Of a stretch of 64,000 nt of DNA, positions 1-8,951 are shown piece by piece. This DNA is from Pseudomonadota bacterium (GTDB lineage Bacteria; Pseudomonadota; Alphaproteobacteria; Micavibrionales; UBA2020), in contig JAJZFS010000048.1 of assembly GCA_021805245.1 (NCBI GenBank), positions 5,536 to 69,535 on the forward strand. The letters run 5' to 3'. How positions within the stretch are numbered: the stretch's first letter is position 1; every line of letters starts with the position of its first letter. The notes under the pieces were generated by a model. The model was given only the letters and a program-made list of their open reading frames with translations. It was not told the DNA's origin and made no database searches. The position numbers and the translations under genes are program-made.

Positions 1-279
1 CACCGTCGTCATCGGGCCGACATGGTCTTTCAGGTAGCTCACCTGCTCCGGCGGCGCGGGCGTGTAGACGGTGCGAAAGGCGATGTCGCCGCCGAGAATG
101 AAGCGCCCGTCGTGATGCAGGCTCTGCACCAGCCCGCGCGACAGGGACTGTATCCCCGCAATCGCGCCCACGCCGAGCACGAGACAGGCGAGAAAAATAT
201 AAAACCCTTTCAGCCCCGCGCGCATGTCGCGGCGGGCATAGATCAGCGGGAGGAATTTTTGCCTGAGAAAGCGCCTCAA
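1..279 (-). CDS. ABC transporter permease, FtsX/YbbP-like (N-terminal part; gene runs off the window)
   Basis: My minus-strand translation from TTG at 279 reads [70 protein letters not shown]... The start forms a TTGA overlap with the stop of the upstream ATPase gene. A TM helix followed by a periplasmic loop is typical of YbbP-type permeases, and the tesA/ybbA/ybbP-like synteny fits. Confidence 0.6.
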   Translation of the reverse strand, partial: MRRFLRQKFLPLIYARRDMRAGLKGFYIFLACLVLGVGAIAGIQSLSRGLVQSLHHDGRFILGGDIAFRTVYTPAPPEQVSYLKDHVGPMTTV

Positions 280-944
280 TTCAAAACCTTTCCATCCACG
301 ATGCGCACCTGGATGTCGCAGCTTCCGGCGAGGTGCTCGTCATGCGTGACGAGGATCAGCGTCGTGCCCTGTTCCTTCGTCATGGCGAACATTAAATCCA
401 TCACCTTCTTGCCGGTCGCGGCGTCGAGGTTGCCGGTCGGCTCGTCGGCGAGGATCAGCCGCGGTCTGGACACAAAGGCGCGGGCGATGGCGACGCGCTG
501 CTGCTCGCCGCCGGAGAGTTGCCCCGGATAATGCCTGACGCGCTCTTTCAGCCCCACGGCGTCGAGCGCCTCTTCGGCTTTTTGAAAGGCGTTCTTCACC
601 CCCGCGAACTCCAGCGGAACGGCGACGTTCTCGAGCGCCGTCATGGTCGGGATGAGGTGGAAGTTCTGAAAGACAATGCCGATGTTGTCGCGCCGGAAGG
701 TGGCGAGCGCGTCCTCGCTCAAGCCGTCCAGCACCGTGCCCGCGACCTCGACCGTGCCGGCGGTCGGCCTTTCCAGCCCGCCCAGCACCATCAACAGCGT
801 CGTCTTGCCCGAGCCCGACGGCCCCATGATGCCGACGGTTTTCGCGGGCGGCAGGTCGAGCGAAATATCTTTTAATATATGCACGCGCCCCGCCTCACTT
901 TTCAGGTGCAAATCGACGTGGTCCAGTTTTAGAATGGGCGGCAT
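276..944 (-). CDS. ABC transporter ATP-binding protein (YbbA/LolD-like)
   Basis: 222-aa ORF with Walker [13 protein letters not shown] signature LSGGEQQRV and Walker B LILADEPT. Confidence 0.9.
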   Translation of the reverse strand: MPPILKLDHVDLHLKSEAGRVHILKDISLDLPPAKTVGIMGPSGSGKTTLLMVLGGLERPTAGTVEVAGTVLDGLSEDALATFRRDNIGIVFQNFHLIPTMTALENVAVPLEFAGVKNAFQKAEEALDAVGLKERVRHYPGQLSGGEQQRVAIARAFVSRPRLILADEPTGNLDAATGKKVMDLMFAMTKEQGTTLILVTHDEHLAGSCDIQVRIVDGKVLN

Positions 945-1581
945 GAAGTCCGTTCCTCATAAAGTGATTGTCCTGCTGACGCTGTTTTCTCTTTTCGTCA
1001 TGTCAGTGCATACACTCTACGCCGCCGCCACGAAAAAGAAAATCCTCGCCTACGGCGACAGCCTGACCGCGGGGTACGGCCTCCCTTATGACCAGTCGTT
1101 CGCGGCGCAGCTGGAAAAGAAGCTGCAGGCGGAAGGCTATGCCGTCACCGTCATCAACGCGGGCGTTTCGGGCGAAACGACCTCCGGCGGCCTCTCAAGG
1201 ATCAACTGGACGCTGCAGGAAAAGCCGGATTTCGTCATTCTCGAGATGGGCGCCAACGACATGCTGCGCGGCATCGACCCCGCCCTCACCCGCAAAAACC
1301 TCGATAAAATGCTGGCGATTTTACAAAAGAGAAAAATCCCCGTGCTGCTCGCCGGCATGAAGGCGACGACCGGCCTTGGCAAAAAATACACCGCGGAATT
1401 TGATGCGATCTATCCCGCGCTCGCCAAAAAATACCACACGGTTTATTACCCGTTTTTTCTCAAAGGGGTGTGGGACAAAGCCGACCTCCGTCTGCCCGGC
1501 AACATCCACCCCAACGTGCAGGGCGTCGTCGTGATCGTCGACAACATCCTGCCCAAAGTCAAAGACCTGCTGAAACAATAA
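943..1581 (+). CDS. SGNH/GDSL arylesterase-lysophospholipase (TesA-like), secreted
   Basis: Internal ATG at 943 of ORF 676..1581 gives [19 protein letters not shown] (signal-like), then the GDSLTAGYG block I and the GANDMLRG block. It is divergent from the ybbA-like gene, as in the tesA-ybbA arrangement. Confidence 0.8.
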   Translation: MKSVPHKVIVLLTLFSLFVMSVHTLYAAATKKKILAYGDSLTAGYGLPYDQSFAAQLEKKLQAEGYAVTVINAGVSGETTSGGLSRINWTLQEKPDFVILEMGANDMLRGIDPALTRKNLDKMLAILQKRKIPVLLAGMKATTGLGKKYTAEFDAIYPALAKKYHTVYYPFFLKGVWDKADLRLPGNIHPNVQGVVVIVDNILPKVKDLLKQ

Positions 1582-1584
1582 AAA

Positions 1585-1611
1585 CGCCGGCCTCGCGGGC
1601 CGGCGCTTTTT
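1585..1611. terminator. Bidirectional intrinsic terminator between the convergent tesA-like gene and rplT
   Basis: 8-bp GC stem CGCCGGCC (1585-1592) / GGCCGGCG (1598-1605) with a 5-nt loop. It is followed by CTTTTT on + and preceded by AAAA (a T-run on -). Confidence 0.7.
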
Positions 1612-1613
1612 GT

Positions 1614-1629
1614 AGAGAGAGAGAGAGAG
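1614..1629. repeat. (AG)8 dinucleotide microsatellite
   Basis: agagagagagagagag read directly, lying between the terminator and the rplT stop. Confidence 0.9.
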
Positions 1630-1636
1630 CTCTTGT

Positions 1637-2005
1637 TCAAGCGGCTTTCTTTTCGAGAGCGGCTTTGGCCTGTTCGCAGATCTTGGCGAAAGCTTTTTCG
1701 TCTTTCACCGCGATGTCGGCCAGCACCTTGCGGTCAAGCGCGATGTCGGCGGCTTTGAGTCCCCCCATCAGCTTCGAGTAGGTCAAGCCGTTGAGGCGCG
1801 CACCGGCGTTGATGCGCTGGATCCACAGGCCGCGAAAGTCGCGCTTCTTGTTGCGACGGTCGCGGTAGGCATAGCGCAGCGCCTTTTCGACGCGCTCAAT
1901 GGCGATGCGGTAGCACTTGCTGCTGCGGCCCCAGTAGCCTTTGGCGAGTTTGAGAACTTTCTTGTGACGATTGATGGAGGCGGTTCCGCCTTTTACACGT
2001 GCCAT
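1637..2005 (-). CDS. rplT: 50S ribosomal protein L20
   Basis: [50 protein letters not shown] is a canonical L20 sequence. Confidence 0.97.
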   Translation of the reverse strand: MARVKGGTASINRHKKVLKLAKGYWGRSSKCYRIAIERVEKALRYAYRDRRNKKRDFRGLWIQRINAGARLNGLTYSKLMGGLKAADIALDRKVLADIAVKDEKAFAKICEQAKAALEKKAA

Positions 2006-2006
2006 G

Positions 2007-2297
2007 TTATGCGGACTCCTTGTTCGAAGCTTGTTCAGCAGCCTTCTTTGCGGCGAATTTCGCGGCCTTGCGCTTGCGGGCGTTGGAGAGCCTGCCGGCC
2101 TGATACGGCATCGCGTAGGTCAGGATGTTGTAGCCGTCCTGTTCGCGCAGGATCAGGGTCGAGCGGCCTTCGCGTTTCATGCGTTTGGATTTGCTGGTCA
2201 GGCGGTGGCGCTTCGCCGCCGCGCGGGCCTGCACCTTTCCGGTGCGGGTGACACTGAAGCGCTTCTTGGCGCCCGAGTGGGTTTTCATCTTTGGCAT
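2007..2297 (-). CDS. rpmI: 50S ribosomal protein L35 with a roughly 31-aa Lys/Ala-rich C-terminal extension
   Basis: [22 protein letters not shown]... is the canonical L35 core and ends near ..AMPYQ. It then continues [30 protein letters not shown], up to 1 nt before the rplT start. Confidence 0.9.
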   Translation of the reverse strand: MPKMKTHSGAKKRFSVTRTGKVQARAAAKRHRLTSKSKRMKREGRSTLILREQDGYNILTYAMPYQAGRLSNARKRKAAKFAAKKAAEQASNKESA

Positions 2298-2758
2298 TTT
2301 GTTTTCCTTTCAATGGTGGCGGTCGAGGCAGCCAATATGAGCCTGTCGCTATCGCGATGGATCGAGCCAGAGCGCCGTTTCAAGTGACAGGTTTTATAGG
2401 AAATATGGCGAAAGAGTCAAGAAAAATAGACCGCGCACGGGAAAATGGGTTCGAAATAAATTTTCATAATATATAACCAACGGGCGGATGATTCTACTGC
2501 GCTGCAGCAAGAAATATGCATCTGTATTAAAGATTTACGTATAGTTTTTAATTTAATAAACTCTATGTAAACAAAATATTTAGAAGACGCGTCCGGCGGG
2601 ATGAAAATAGCGTTATATTTCAAAGTGCCTAGTCCACAGACACTTTTTTTTGCCATTTAAACGACGAATATCATCATATTATCCTTTGCTTTATTATATA
2701 CTATCCACAAGCGCGATTTTTGTCGGGGGGCAACAAAAGCTTAAGGGGAAAAACGCAA

Positions 2759-3166
2759 ATGCTAGGTCGTTTAATGAACAACATACTGTCTTTTCTGCAT
2801 ATCGGCAGGGGTCACTGGAACGCACCGGCGGATCTTCGCCGCAAACATATCCGCCACCAGGGTCTCCATGCGGAAGTGGTGGTCGGCAACAGGTCCTACA
2901 GCATCCGCGACTGGAGCCTCGGCGGCGTATCGTTCGAGACCGCGCCCGATGCGCGCCTCGCTGTCGGCGACCAGCTGCATCTCACTCTGAAATTCCGCTT
3001 TATGCACGATACGGTCACCATTCTGCAGCCGGCGCAGATCGTCCGTGCGGCACGCCGCGGCATCGCCGTAAAATTCGCTCCGCTCGACAAGGCCGGCCGC
3101 CGCGCGTTCGACCGCGTGCTCGACGGCATGAACGCAGAAAGTTTCTTCTCCTCACAGGCGGCATAA
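2759..3166 (+). CDS. PilZ domain protein (c-di-GMP receptor type)
   Basis: RRKHIR (RxxxR) and DWSLGG (DxSxxG) motifs are present. ATG at 2759 has AAGGGGA about 10 nt upstream; the ORF track starts at TTG 2720. Confidence 0.7.
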   Translation: MLGRLMNNILSFLHIGRGHWNAPADLRRKHIRHQGLHAEVVVGNRSYSIRDWSLGGVSFETAPDARLAVGDQLHLTLKFRFMHDTVTILQPAQIVRAARRGIAVKFAPLDKAGRRAFDRVLDGMNAESFFSSQAA

Positions 3167-3167
3167 C

Positions 3168-3491
3168 ATGGGCGCACTGATCGTTTTCCTCGCCATCATC
3201 GGGTTTCTCGTGCTTGTCGCCTATCTGAAATTCCCGCCGCGTTTCGCCCCGAAGAAGGCGTTGCACATTTTCGACGCAACGGTGGTCGGCATTTGCTTCT
3301 TTCTCTGCCTCATCTGGATCCTGAATATCCGCGGCACGCTGCTGGGCACGGACGACGACATATGGTGGACCCCGCTCGCCGCCACCGGCGCGTGCGGCAT
3401 CGAGATCATCTTTCTCGGCGCTTGCTTTCTGCTGCGCAACTTCTGGGTTTTCAAGCCGCCCGACCGTCCCGGCGGCGGCCTCTTCCGCTAG
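3168..3491 (+). CDS. Small integral membrane protein (3 predicted TM helices), unknown function
   Basis: 107-aa hydrophobic ORF starting 1 nt after the PilZ stop, so probably co-transcribed. Confidence 0.55.
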   Translation: MGALIVFLAIIGFLVLVAYLKFPPRFAPKKALHIFDATVVGICFFLCLIWILNIRGTLLGTDDDIWWTPLAATGACGIEIIFLGACFLLRNFWVFKPPDRPGGGLFR

Positions 3492-3502
3492 GATACGCCC
3501 CG

Positions 3503-4720
3503 TCAGTGTGCGATTCGCCCTTTCTTGACCGGACGGTCGTGATCTATCTTGATGGAAATGGTCAGGAAGCTGGCGATATCGCGGAAGGTGATCACGCCGG
3601 AGAACCTGCCCTTTTCCGTCACCAGCAGCATTTCGCGGCCATGGCGCTGCATGATCTCGAGCGCGTCCGCGGCGGACGCTTCCGGCGCGATGACAATAGT
3701 GGCCGAAAGCGGCTCCATCACGCTCGCCACATGCAGCCAGTTCCATTTGCCGCGGTCGATCGACAGAACGGACGACAGGCTCACCACCCCCACCAGCAGG
3801 CCGTTGTCGACGACGGGGAACACCCGCTGGTAATGGCGGTTGATGTAGTTTTCGACAAGGTCGCTGACGCTCAAATCCGGCGACACAACCATCACGTTGT
3901 TATGCATGAAACGCGTCACCGGCTCGACGCCCAGCAGCGCGCGCGTCTCCATCTGCTGCACGGCGGACGTGCCGGAGGCATGCACCAGAAAGCCCAGAAT
4001 CCCCCACCAGATGCCCGCGACCATGTCGTTCAGCACGACGAAATTATAACAGGAATAGCCCAGCAGGAGATAGGCGAACACCGCGCCGCCCGCGGAGGCG
4101 ATGCGCGTTGCCGTCACGAGATTGTTCTTGGTGTGCCAGATGACCGCCCGCAGAGCCCGCCCGCCGTCAAGCGGAAAGGCTGGCACGATGTTGAAGGCGG
4201 CGATCTCGAGATTCAGCGTGCCGAGCGTTTTCAGGACCACCGACAGGGGGCCGGAGCCGATATATTGCATGTCAAGATTGGCCGCCGCCCAGAAAAACAG
4301 CCCGACCAGCGCGCTCATCGCCGGCCCCGCGATCGCCATCATGAATTCGCCCTTGGGGTGGCTGAGCTCGCCCTCCATCTCGGCGACGCCGCCGAAGATG
4401 AACAGGGTGATGCTGGTAATGCGCATCTGGTAATATTCGGCGATGATGGCGTGCGCCACCTCGTGCATGATGATCGAAAAAAGGATGCCCGCCACCGTCA
4501 GCACGCCCATCCACTGATAGGTGGAGGACGACTGTCCGAGCAGAGCGTACGGATAGATCTTGGACGACATCGTCCAGCTGATCAGCACGGCGATGAAAAA
4601 CCAGCTGGCGTCCGCCCTGATCTTGTAGCCCAAAAAACGAAACAGCGTCACGCGTCTGAAAGCCACTTTTATCCCCTTTGGAAGGCCGCCGAAGGCCTTT
4701 GACATTATTGCTGAAAGCAA
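3503..4720 (-). CDS. Site-2 protease family (M50) zinc metalloprotease with C-terminal CBS pair
   Basis: HEVAHAI (HExxH) sits in a TM segment, several TM helices are present, and the C-terminal CBS-like region includes ...VFPVVDNGLLVGVVS... and ...LLVTEKGRFSGVIT. The exact start is uncertain (Met at 4720 or 4705). Confidence 0.8.
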   Translation of the reverse strand: MLSAIMSKAFGGLPKGIKVAFRRVTLFRFLGYKIRADASWFFIAVLISWTMSSKIYPYALLGQSSSTYQWMGVLTVAGILFSIIMHEVAHAIIAEYYQMRITSITLFIFGGVAEMEGELSHPKGEFMMAIAGPAMSALVGLFFWAAANLDMQYIGSGPLSVVLKTLGTLNLEIAAFNIVPAFPLDGGRALRAVIWHTKNNLVTATRIASAGGAVFAYLLLGYSCYNFVVLNDMVAGIWWGILGFLVHASGTSAVQQMETRALLGVEPVTRFMHNNVMVVSPDLSVSDLVENYINRHYQRVFPVVDNGLLVGVVSLSSVLSIDRGKWNWLHVASVMEPLSATIVIAPEASAADALEIMQRHGREMLLVTEKGRFSGVITFRDIASFLTISIKIDHDRPVKKGRIAH

Positions 4721-4764
4721 TAATAATGGTGAAACGCCGTAAAAAACAGGGATAGTTTACCAAG

Positions 4765-5337
4765 ATGCCGCTTAAAATACAAAAACTGGCGACCGCCTGC
4801 GCCGCGCTGGCCGCGTGCGTCTCCCTTTCCGGCTGCTCGTCATACGATATGCATTTACCCAGTCTGCGCCTTGCGTCGATCAACCCGTTCCATCACTCTT
4901 CGGACACCCCGCAGATGCCGAGCGAGCCGGAACCGCCGGTCCCCGGCACGCCGGTCGTCCAGCCCGACACGCCGCCGCTCTATTGCCGCGCGGGCCGCGG
5001 CTCGGCGCATTTCAAAGACAGCTGGTATGATTACAGGGACACGACCTTCACCCTTTACGACGGCGTGCCCGCCCCCATCACGCTCACCGCGGTGCACAGC
5101 GCCCGCATCATGACGCTGCAGGCCCTGTTCGACAAGAAAGGCCAGCGGCTTCTCTTCTGCCCGACGCCCGACACCGCCCACGGCCAAGTCACCTGCGACA
5201 GCATTTACGCGCTGCAGGCCGACCTTTACGCCGGCATCAAGCGCACCTTCGACGTCCCCGCCGTCGAGCGCGACGGCGACATCACCTGCGCCTATACGCT
5301 CGACCATCTGCGCTCCTTCAAACTGCCGCCGGAATGA
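4765..5337 (+). CDS. Lipoprotein, unknown function
   Basis: Signal peptide with lipobox LSGC (MPLKIQKLATACAALAACVSLSGCSS). Confidence 0.6.
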   Translation: MPLKIQKLATACAALAACVSLSGCSSYDMHLPSLRLASINPFHHSSDTPQMPSEPEPPVPGTPVVQPDTPPLYCRAGRGSAHFKDSWYDYRDTTFTLYDGVPAPITLTAVHSARIMTLQALFDKKGQRLLFCPTPDTAHGQVTCDSIYALQADLYAGIKRTFDVPAVERDGDITCAYTLDHLRSFKLPPE

Positions 5338-6509
5338 CCATGTCGAAAACGACACTTTCCAGCAAAGACATGCTGCGCCGCCTCGTCGGCTTCGACACGG
5401 TGAGCGCGCGCTCCAACCTCGCGCTTATCCACTGGGTGCGCGATTATCTTGCGGAATATGGCATAGAATCGACGCTGATCCACGACGCGCGGAAAAACAA
5501 GGCCAACCTCCACGCCATGATCGGCCCCGCCGGCACCGCGGGCGTCGTCCTCTCCGGCCATACGGACGTCGTGCCCGTCGAAGGGCAGGACTGGGACAGC
5601 GACCCCTTTACCTTACGCGAACACGACGGGCGGCTTTACGGCCGCGGCACCTGCGACATGAAGGGCTTTATCGCCACCGCGCTTTCCAAAGTGCCGGACA
5701 TGGTGAAACAGCCGCTCAAAACGCCGCTGCACTTCGCGCTGTCCTATGACGAGGAAGTCGGCTGCCTCGGCGCGCGCGACATCGTCAAACATCTCGATAC
5801 GTTGCCCGTGAAGCCGAAACTCTGCATCGTCGGCGAGCCGACGGACATGAAGGCCATCACCGGCCACAAGGGCATCTGCGATTTCGAATGCACCGTCCGC
5901 GGCAAGGAGGCGCATTCCTCGCTCGCGCCCTATGCCGTCAACGCGGTGGAAAACGCGGCGGAGCTGATCGCTTATATCAAGTCCGTCGCCAAACGCATGC
6001 AGACCGAGGGGCCGTTCAACAAGCAGTTCGACCCGCCCTTCACCACCGTCCATACCGGCATCATCCACGGCGGCACGGCGGTCAACATCGTGCCCAACAC
6101 CTGCGAATTCGCCTTCGAGATCCGCAATATCCCCGAAATCAACGCCGAAGACCTCGCCGATGAAATCCGCCAGTACGCCTTCAAGACGATCGAGCCGCGC
6201 ATGAAGGAGATCGACCCCAAGGCCGGATTCGAAATCCGCTCCGCCGCCACCGTCAGCGCCTTCGACATCGATAATGCCGATCCGGCGGTGGACTTCGTTA
6301 TGACACTCTCCGGTGCGAATACGGCGGAAAAAGTCAGTTTCGCCACCGAAGCGGGTCTTTTTCAGAATGGCGGCATCCCCACCGTCGTCTGCGGCCCCGG
6401 CAGCATCACGCAGGCGCATAAACCCAATGAATACGTATCCATTGACCAGATTACGAAATGTGAAAATTTTATGGATAGGCTTATCACAAAGATACGCGCC
6501 GCCTCTTAA
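5334..6509 (+). CDS. argE: Acetylornithine deacetylase (M20 peptidase family, ArgE type)
   Basis: 391 aa; LSGHTDVVPV, DMKG and the M20 dimerisation-domain layout match. N-terminus ...LVGFDTVSARSNL.. is typical of ArgE. Confidence 0.8.
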   Translation: MTMSKTTLSSKDMLRRLVGFDTVSARSNLALIHWVRDYLAEYGIESTLIHDARKNKANLHAMIGPAGTAGVVLSGHTDVVPVEGQDWDSDPFTLREHDGRLYGRGTCDMKGFIATALSKVPDMVKQPLKTPLHFALSYDEEVGCLGARDIVKHLDTLPVKPKLCIVGEPTDMKAITGHKGICDFECTVRGKEAHSSLAPYAVNAVENAAELIAYIKSVAKRMQTEGPFNKQFDPPFTTVHTGIIHGGTAVNIVPNTCEFAFEIRNIPEINAEDLADEIRQYAFKTIEPRMKEIDPKAGFEIRSAATVSAFDIDNADPAVDFVMTLSGANTAEKVSFATEAGLFQNGGIPTVVCGPGSITQAHKPNEYVSIDQITKCENFMDRLITKIRAAS

Positions 6510-6600
6510 TGGCCATTCCGGCACACGAAGACTTGCATTATGCTGCGATGCGTGACAACATCCTGAAAATATAAAGGAACTTCCACGAGGGTATTATCTG

Positions 6601-7224
6601 ATGTTCGACCACTATAAATGGCAAACCGTAAACGGGGCGCAAGCCGAGCCTTTTCTGAAATTGATCAACCCGATTCAAGGCAAATTCACCGCGGGGGCGG
6701 ATACCGCAACCGTAGAGTGGGCGCAGATCCCGTTTTATAACTCCATCGCGCTGGTGCGTATCAACGACAGCACCTGGCCGGACAACACCGGCCCCTTCTG
6801 GTTCCTCGCCAAGCAGGGCCGCATGTTCCTGCTCGACGGCTCGAGCGCGCCGATCCACGACGCCAACGAGGCCGATCCGATCACCATCACCGAGCCCAAA
6901 GTCCTCGAATACCTCAAATTCTTCTGCTATTTCGTCCACGGCGACGAAGGCCCGTTCCTGATCGTCGAGGACATCAACCATCCCGCGCTCGACCAGTCCA
7001 AGATCGACGATGCCACCCGCAAGGTGATCGAGGACGCGCTGCGCCCCGCCGCCTTCGAGGGCAAGACCGACGACGGTCATTTCGAGGCCTCGGCGATGGT
7101 GCTCTACGGCAACGCGCTCTTCTCGGCACGCTTCTCGCTCTCGCCCAACGGCATGATCGAGATGATCGACGACGAGCCGATCGCCGCCGACCTGCCGGTC
7201 AAGAAGATCAAGCCGAACTACTAA
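6601..7224 (+). CDS. Hypothetical cytoplasmic protein (207 aa)
   Basis: Clean ORF with codon bias like its neighbours. I recognise no motif. Confidence 0.5.
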   Translation: MFDHYKWQTVNGAQAEPFLKLINPIQGKFTAGADTATVEWAQIPFYNSIALVRINDSTWPDNTGPFWFLAKQGRMFLLDGSSAPIHDANEADPITITEPKVLEYLKFFCYFVHGDEGPFLIVEDINHPALDQSKIDDATRKVIEDALRPAAFEGKTDDGHFEASAMVLYGNALFSARFSLSPNGMIEMIDDEPIAADLPVKKIKPNY

Positions 7225-7227
7225 TCC

Positions 7228-8472
7228 ATGCCGAAAACGGCGTACATCCGCACGAACGTCCTGATTATCGGGGGCGGGCTTTCCGGTCTTGCGCTCGCTG
7301 GCACGTTAGGCGAAGCGGGCGTCGATTGCGTGTGCATCGACCGCGCGCCGCCGGTGGCGCAACTGACCGAACAATACGACGGCCGCACCACCGCGATCTC
7401 CTACGCCTCGCACCTCGTTTTGCAATCGGCGGGCGCGTGGGACGCGTTGCTGCCCGATTGCGCGCCGATCCTCGACATCCGCGTGGCGGACGGAAATTCC
7501 CCGCTCTATCTGCACTTTGACAGCGAGACGGACGGAAATAATAATCCCTTCGGCTGGATCATCGAGAACCGCATCCTGCGCCATCAACTGTTCAACAACG
7601 TCGGGCGCCTGAAAAAGCATGTGCGCCACATCGCGCCCGCCGAGATCAAAAAATTCATCCGCGAAAAATCCGCCGCCGGCGTTGTCTTGAAAGACGGCAC
7701 GGAGATCACCGCGCCGTTGATGATCGGCGCGGACGGGCGCAATTCTTCCGTCCGCAAGTGGCTAGGCATCGACGTGAAAACATTCGACTACAAACAATCC
7801 GCCATCGTCTGCAACGTCGCGCACGAATTGGACCACGAGAGCGCCGCGGTCGAACATTTCCGTCCCGCCGGACCGTTTGCCGTTCTGCCGATGACGCGCG
7901 GTGCAAAAAGGGAGCACCGTTCCTCCATCGTCTGGACAGAACATGGCGGGGATATAAAAGATATTCTCTCTTTAAACGCGGAAGATTTCGATGCGCGGCT
8001 GCAGGATCTCTTCGGCCCGCATCTCGGCAAGGTGCATCACATCTCAAAGCCAATGTCTTATCCGCTCGGCCTGCTGCATGCGGAACGCTACACGGGCGAA
8101 CGCGCCGCGCTGATGGCGGAAGCCGCCCACGCCATCCACCCCATCGCAGGACAGGGGCTCAACCTCAGCCTGCGCGATGTCGCCGTGCTGACGGAACTGA
8201 TCGTTTCGCACCTGCGCTGTGGGCTCGACATCGGCGGCGGCGCGCTCTTGCAACAATACGAAGCGGCGCGGCGCGGCGACACGATGTTGATGGCGGGCGT
8301 GACCGACATCCTCAACCGGCTCTTCTCCAACAACCTGAAAACGATTCGCCTTTTCCGCGACTTAGGCCTTGGGATGGTTCAGAAAATCCCCCCTCTGAAG
8401 CGTTATTTCGCCCGTCAGGCCATGGGACTTTCCGGAATCATACCGGACACGCTGCACAAAAAGCGGATTTAG
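7228..8472 (+). CDS. UbiH/UbiF/Coq6-family FAD-dependent ubiquinone hydroxylase
   Basis: N-terminal dinucleotide fold VLIIGGGLSGLA, GADGRNSSVR, and a C-terminal GQGLNLSLRD motif. Confidence 0.85.
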   Translation: MPKTAYIRTNVLIIGGGLSGLALAGTLGEAGVDCVCIDRAPPVAQLTEQYDGRTTAISYASHLVLQSAGAWDALLPDCAPILDIRVADGNSPLYLHFDSETDGNNNPFGWIIENRILRHQLFNNVGRLKKHVRHIAPAEIKKFIREKSAAGVVLKDGTEITAPLMIGADGRNSSVRKWLGIDVKTFDYKQSAIVCNVAHELDHESAAVEHFRPAGPFAVLPMTRGAKREHRSSIVWTEHGGDIKDILSLNAEDFDARLQDLFGPHLGKVHHISKPMSYPLGLLHAERYTGERAALMAEAAHAIHPIAGQGLNLSLRDVAVLTELIVSHLRCGLDIGGGALLQQYEAARRGDTMLMAGVTDILNRLFSNNLKTIRLFRDLGLGMVQKIPPLKRYFARQAMGLSGIIPDTLHKKRI

Positions 8473-8585
8473 CCGCAAACACGCCTATATTCTGTTGATT
8501 ATCAAAGATTTTTTCTTGACGGCAGATTTTAAAATTGGCACGCTTAGCCATTATTAGAGCAATTTTTAAGGGATGTGCGTACGCC

Positions 8586-8891
8586 ATGACAAAATCCGAA
8601 CTGATTCTCCGCCTGGCAGAATTGAATCCGCATCTCTACCAGAGTCACTCCGAACAGATCGTCGATACGATTTTCGAGGAAATCACCAAGGCGCTTGCTG
8701 CGGGGCAGCGTGTTGAACTGCGCGGCTTCGGCGCTTTTTCCGTCAAACAACGCAAGGCCCGCACCGGCCGCAACCCGCGCACCGGCGAAACCGTCCATGT
8801 CGACGACAAGCGCGTGCCGTTCTTCAAAATCGGCAAGAAGATGCACGAACGCCTCAATGGCATAGAATCTTCCGGCGACGACGAAGACTAA
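8586..8891 (+). CDS. ihfB: Integration host factor subunit beta
   Basis: [12 protein letters not shown]...[31 protein letters not shown] is a canonical IHF/HU fold sequence. ATG at 8586 lies inside ORF 8535..8891. Confidence 0.92.
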   Translation: MTKSELILRLAELNPHLYQSHSEQIVDTIFEEITKALAAGQRVELRGFGAFSVKQRKARTGRNPRTGETVHVDDKRVPFFKIGKKMHERLNGIESSGDDED

Positions 8892-8951
8892 GTTTTCGAT
8901 TTTTAAAGATAAACCGTATCCGGCCTCAACTGTCGGCGCCGTCGCACGGCG

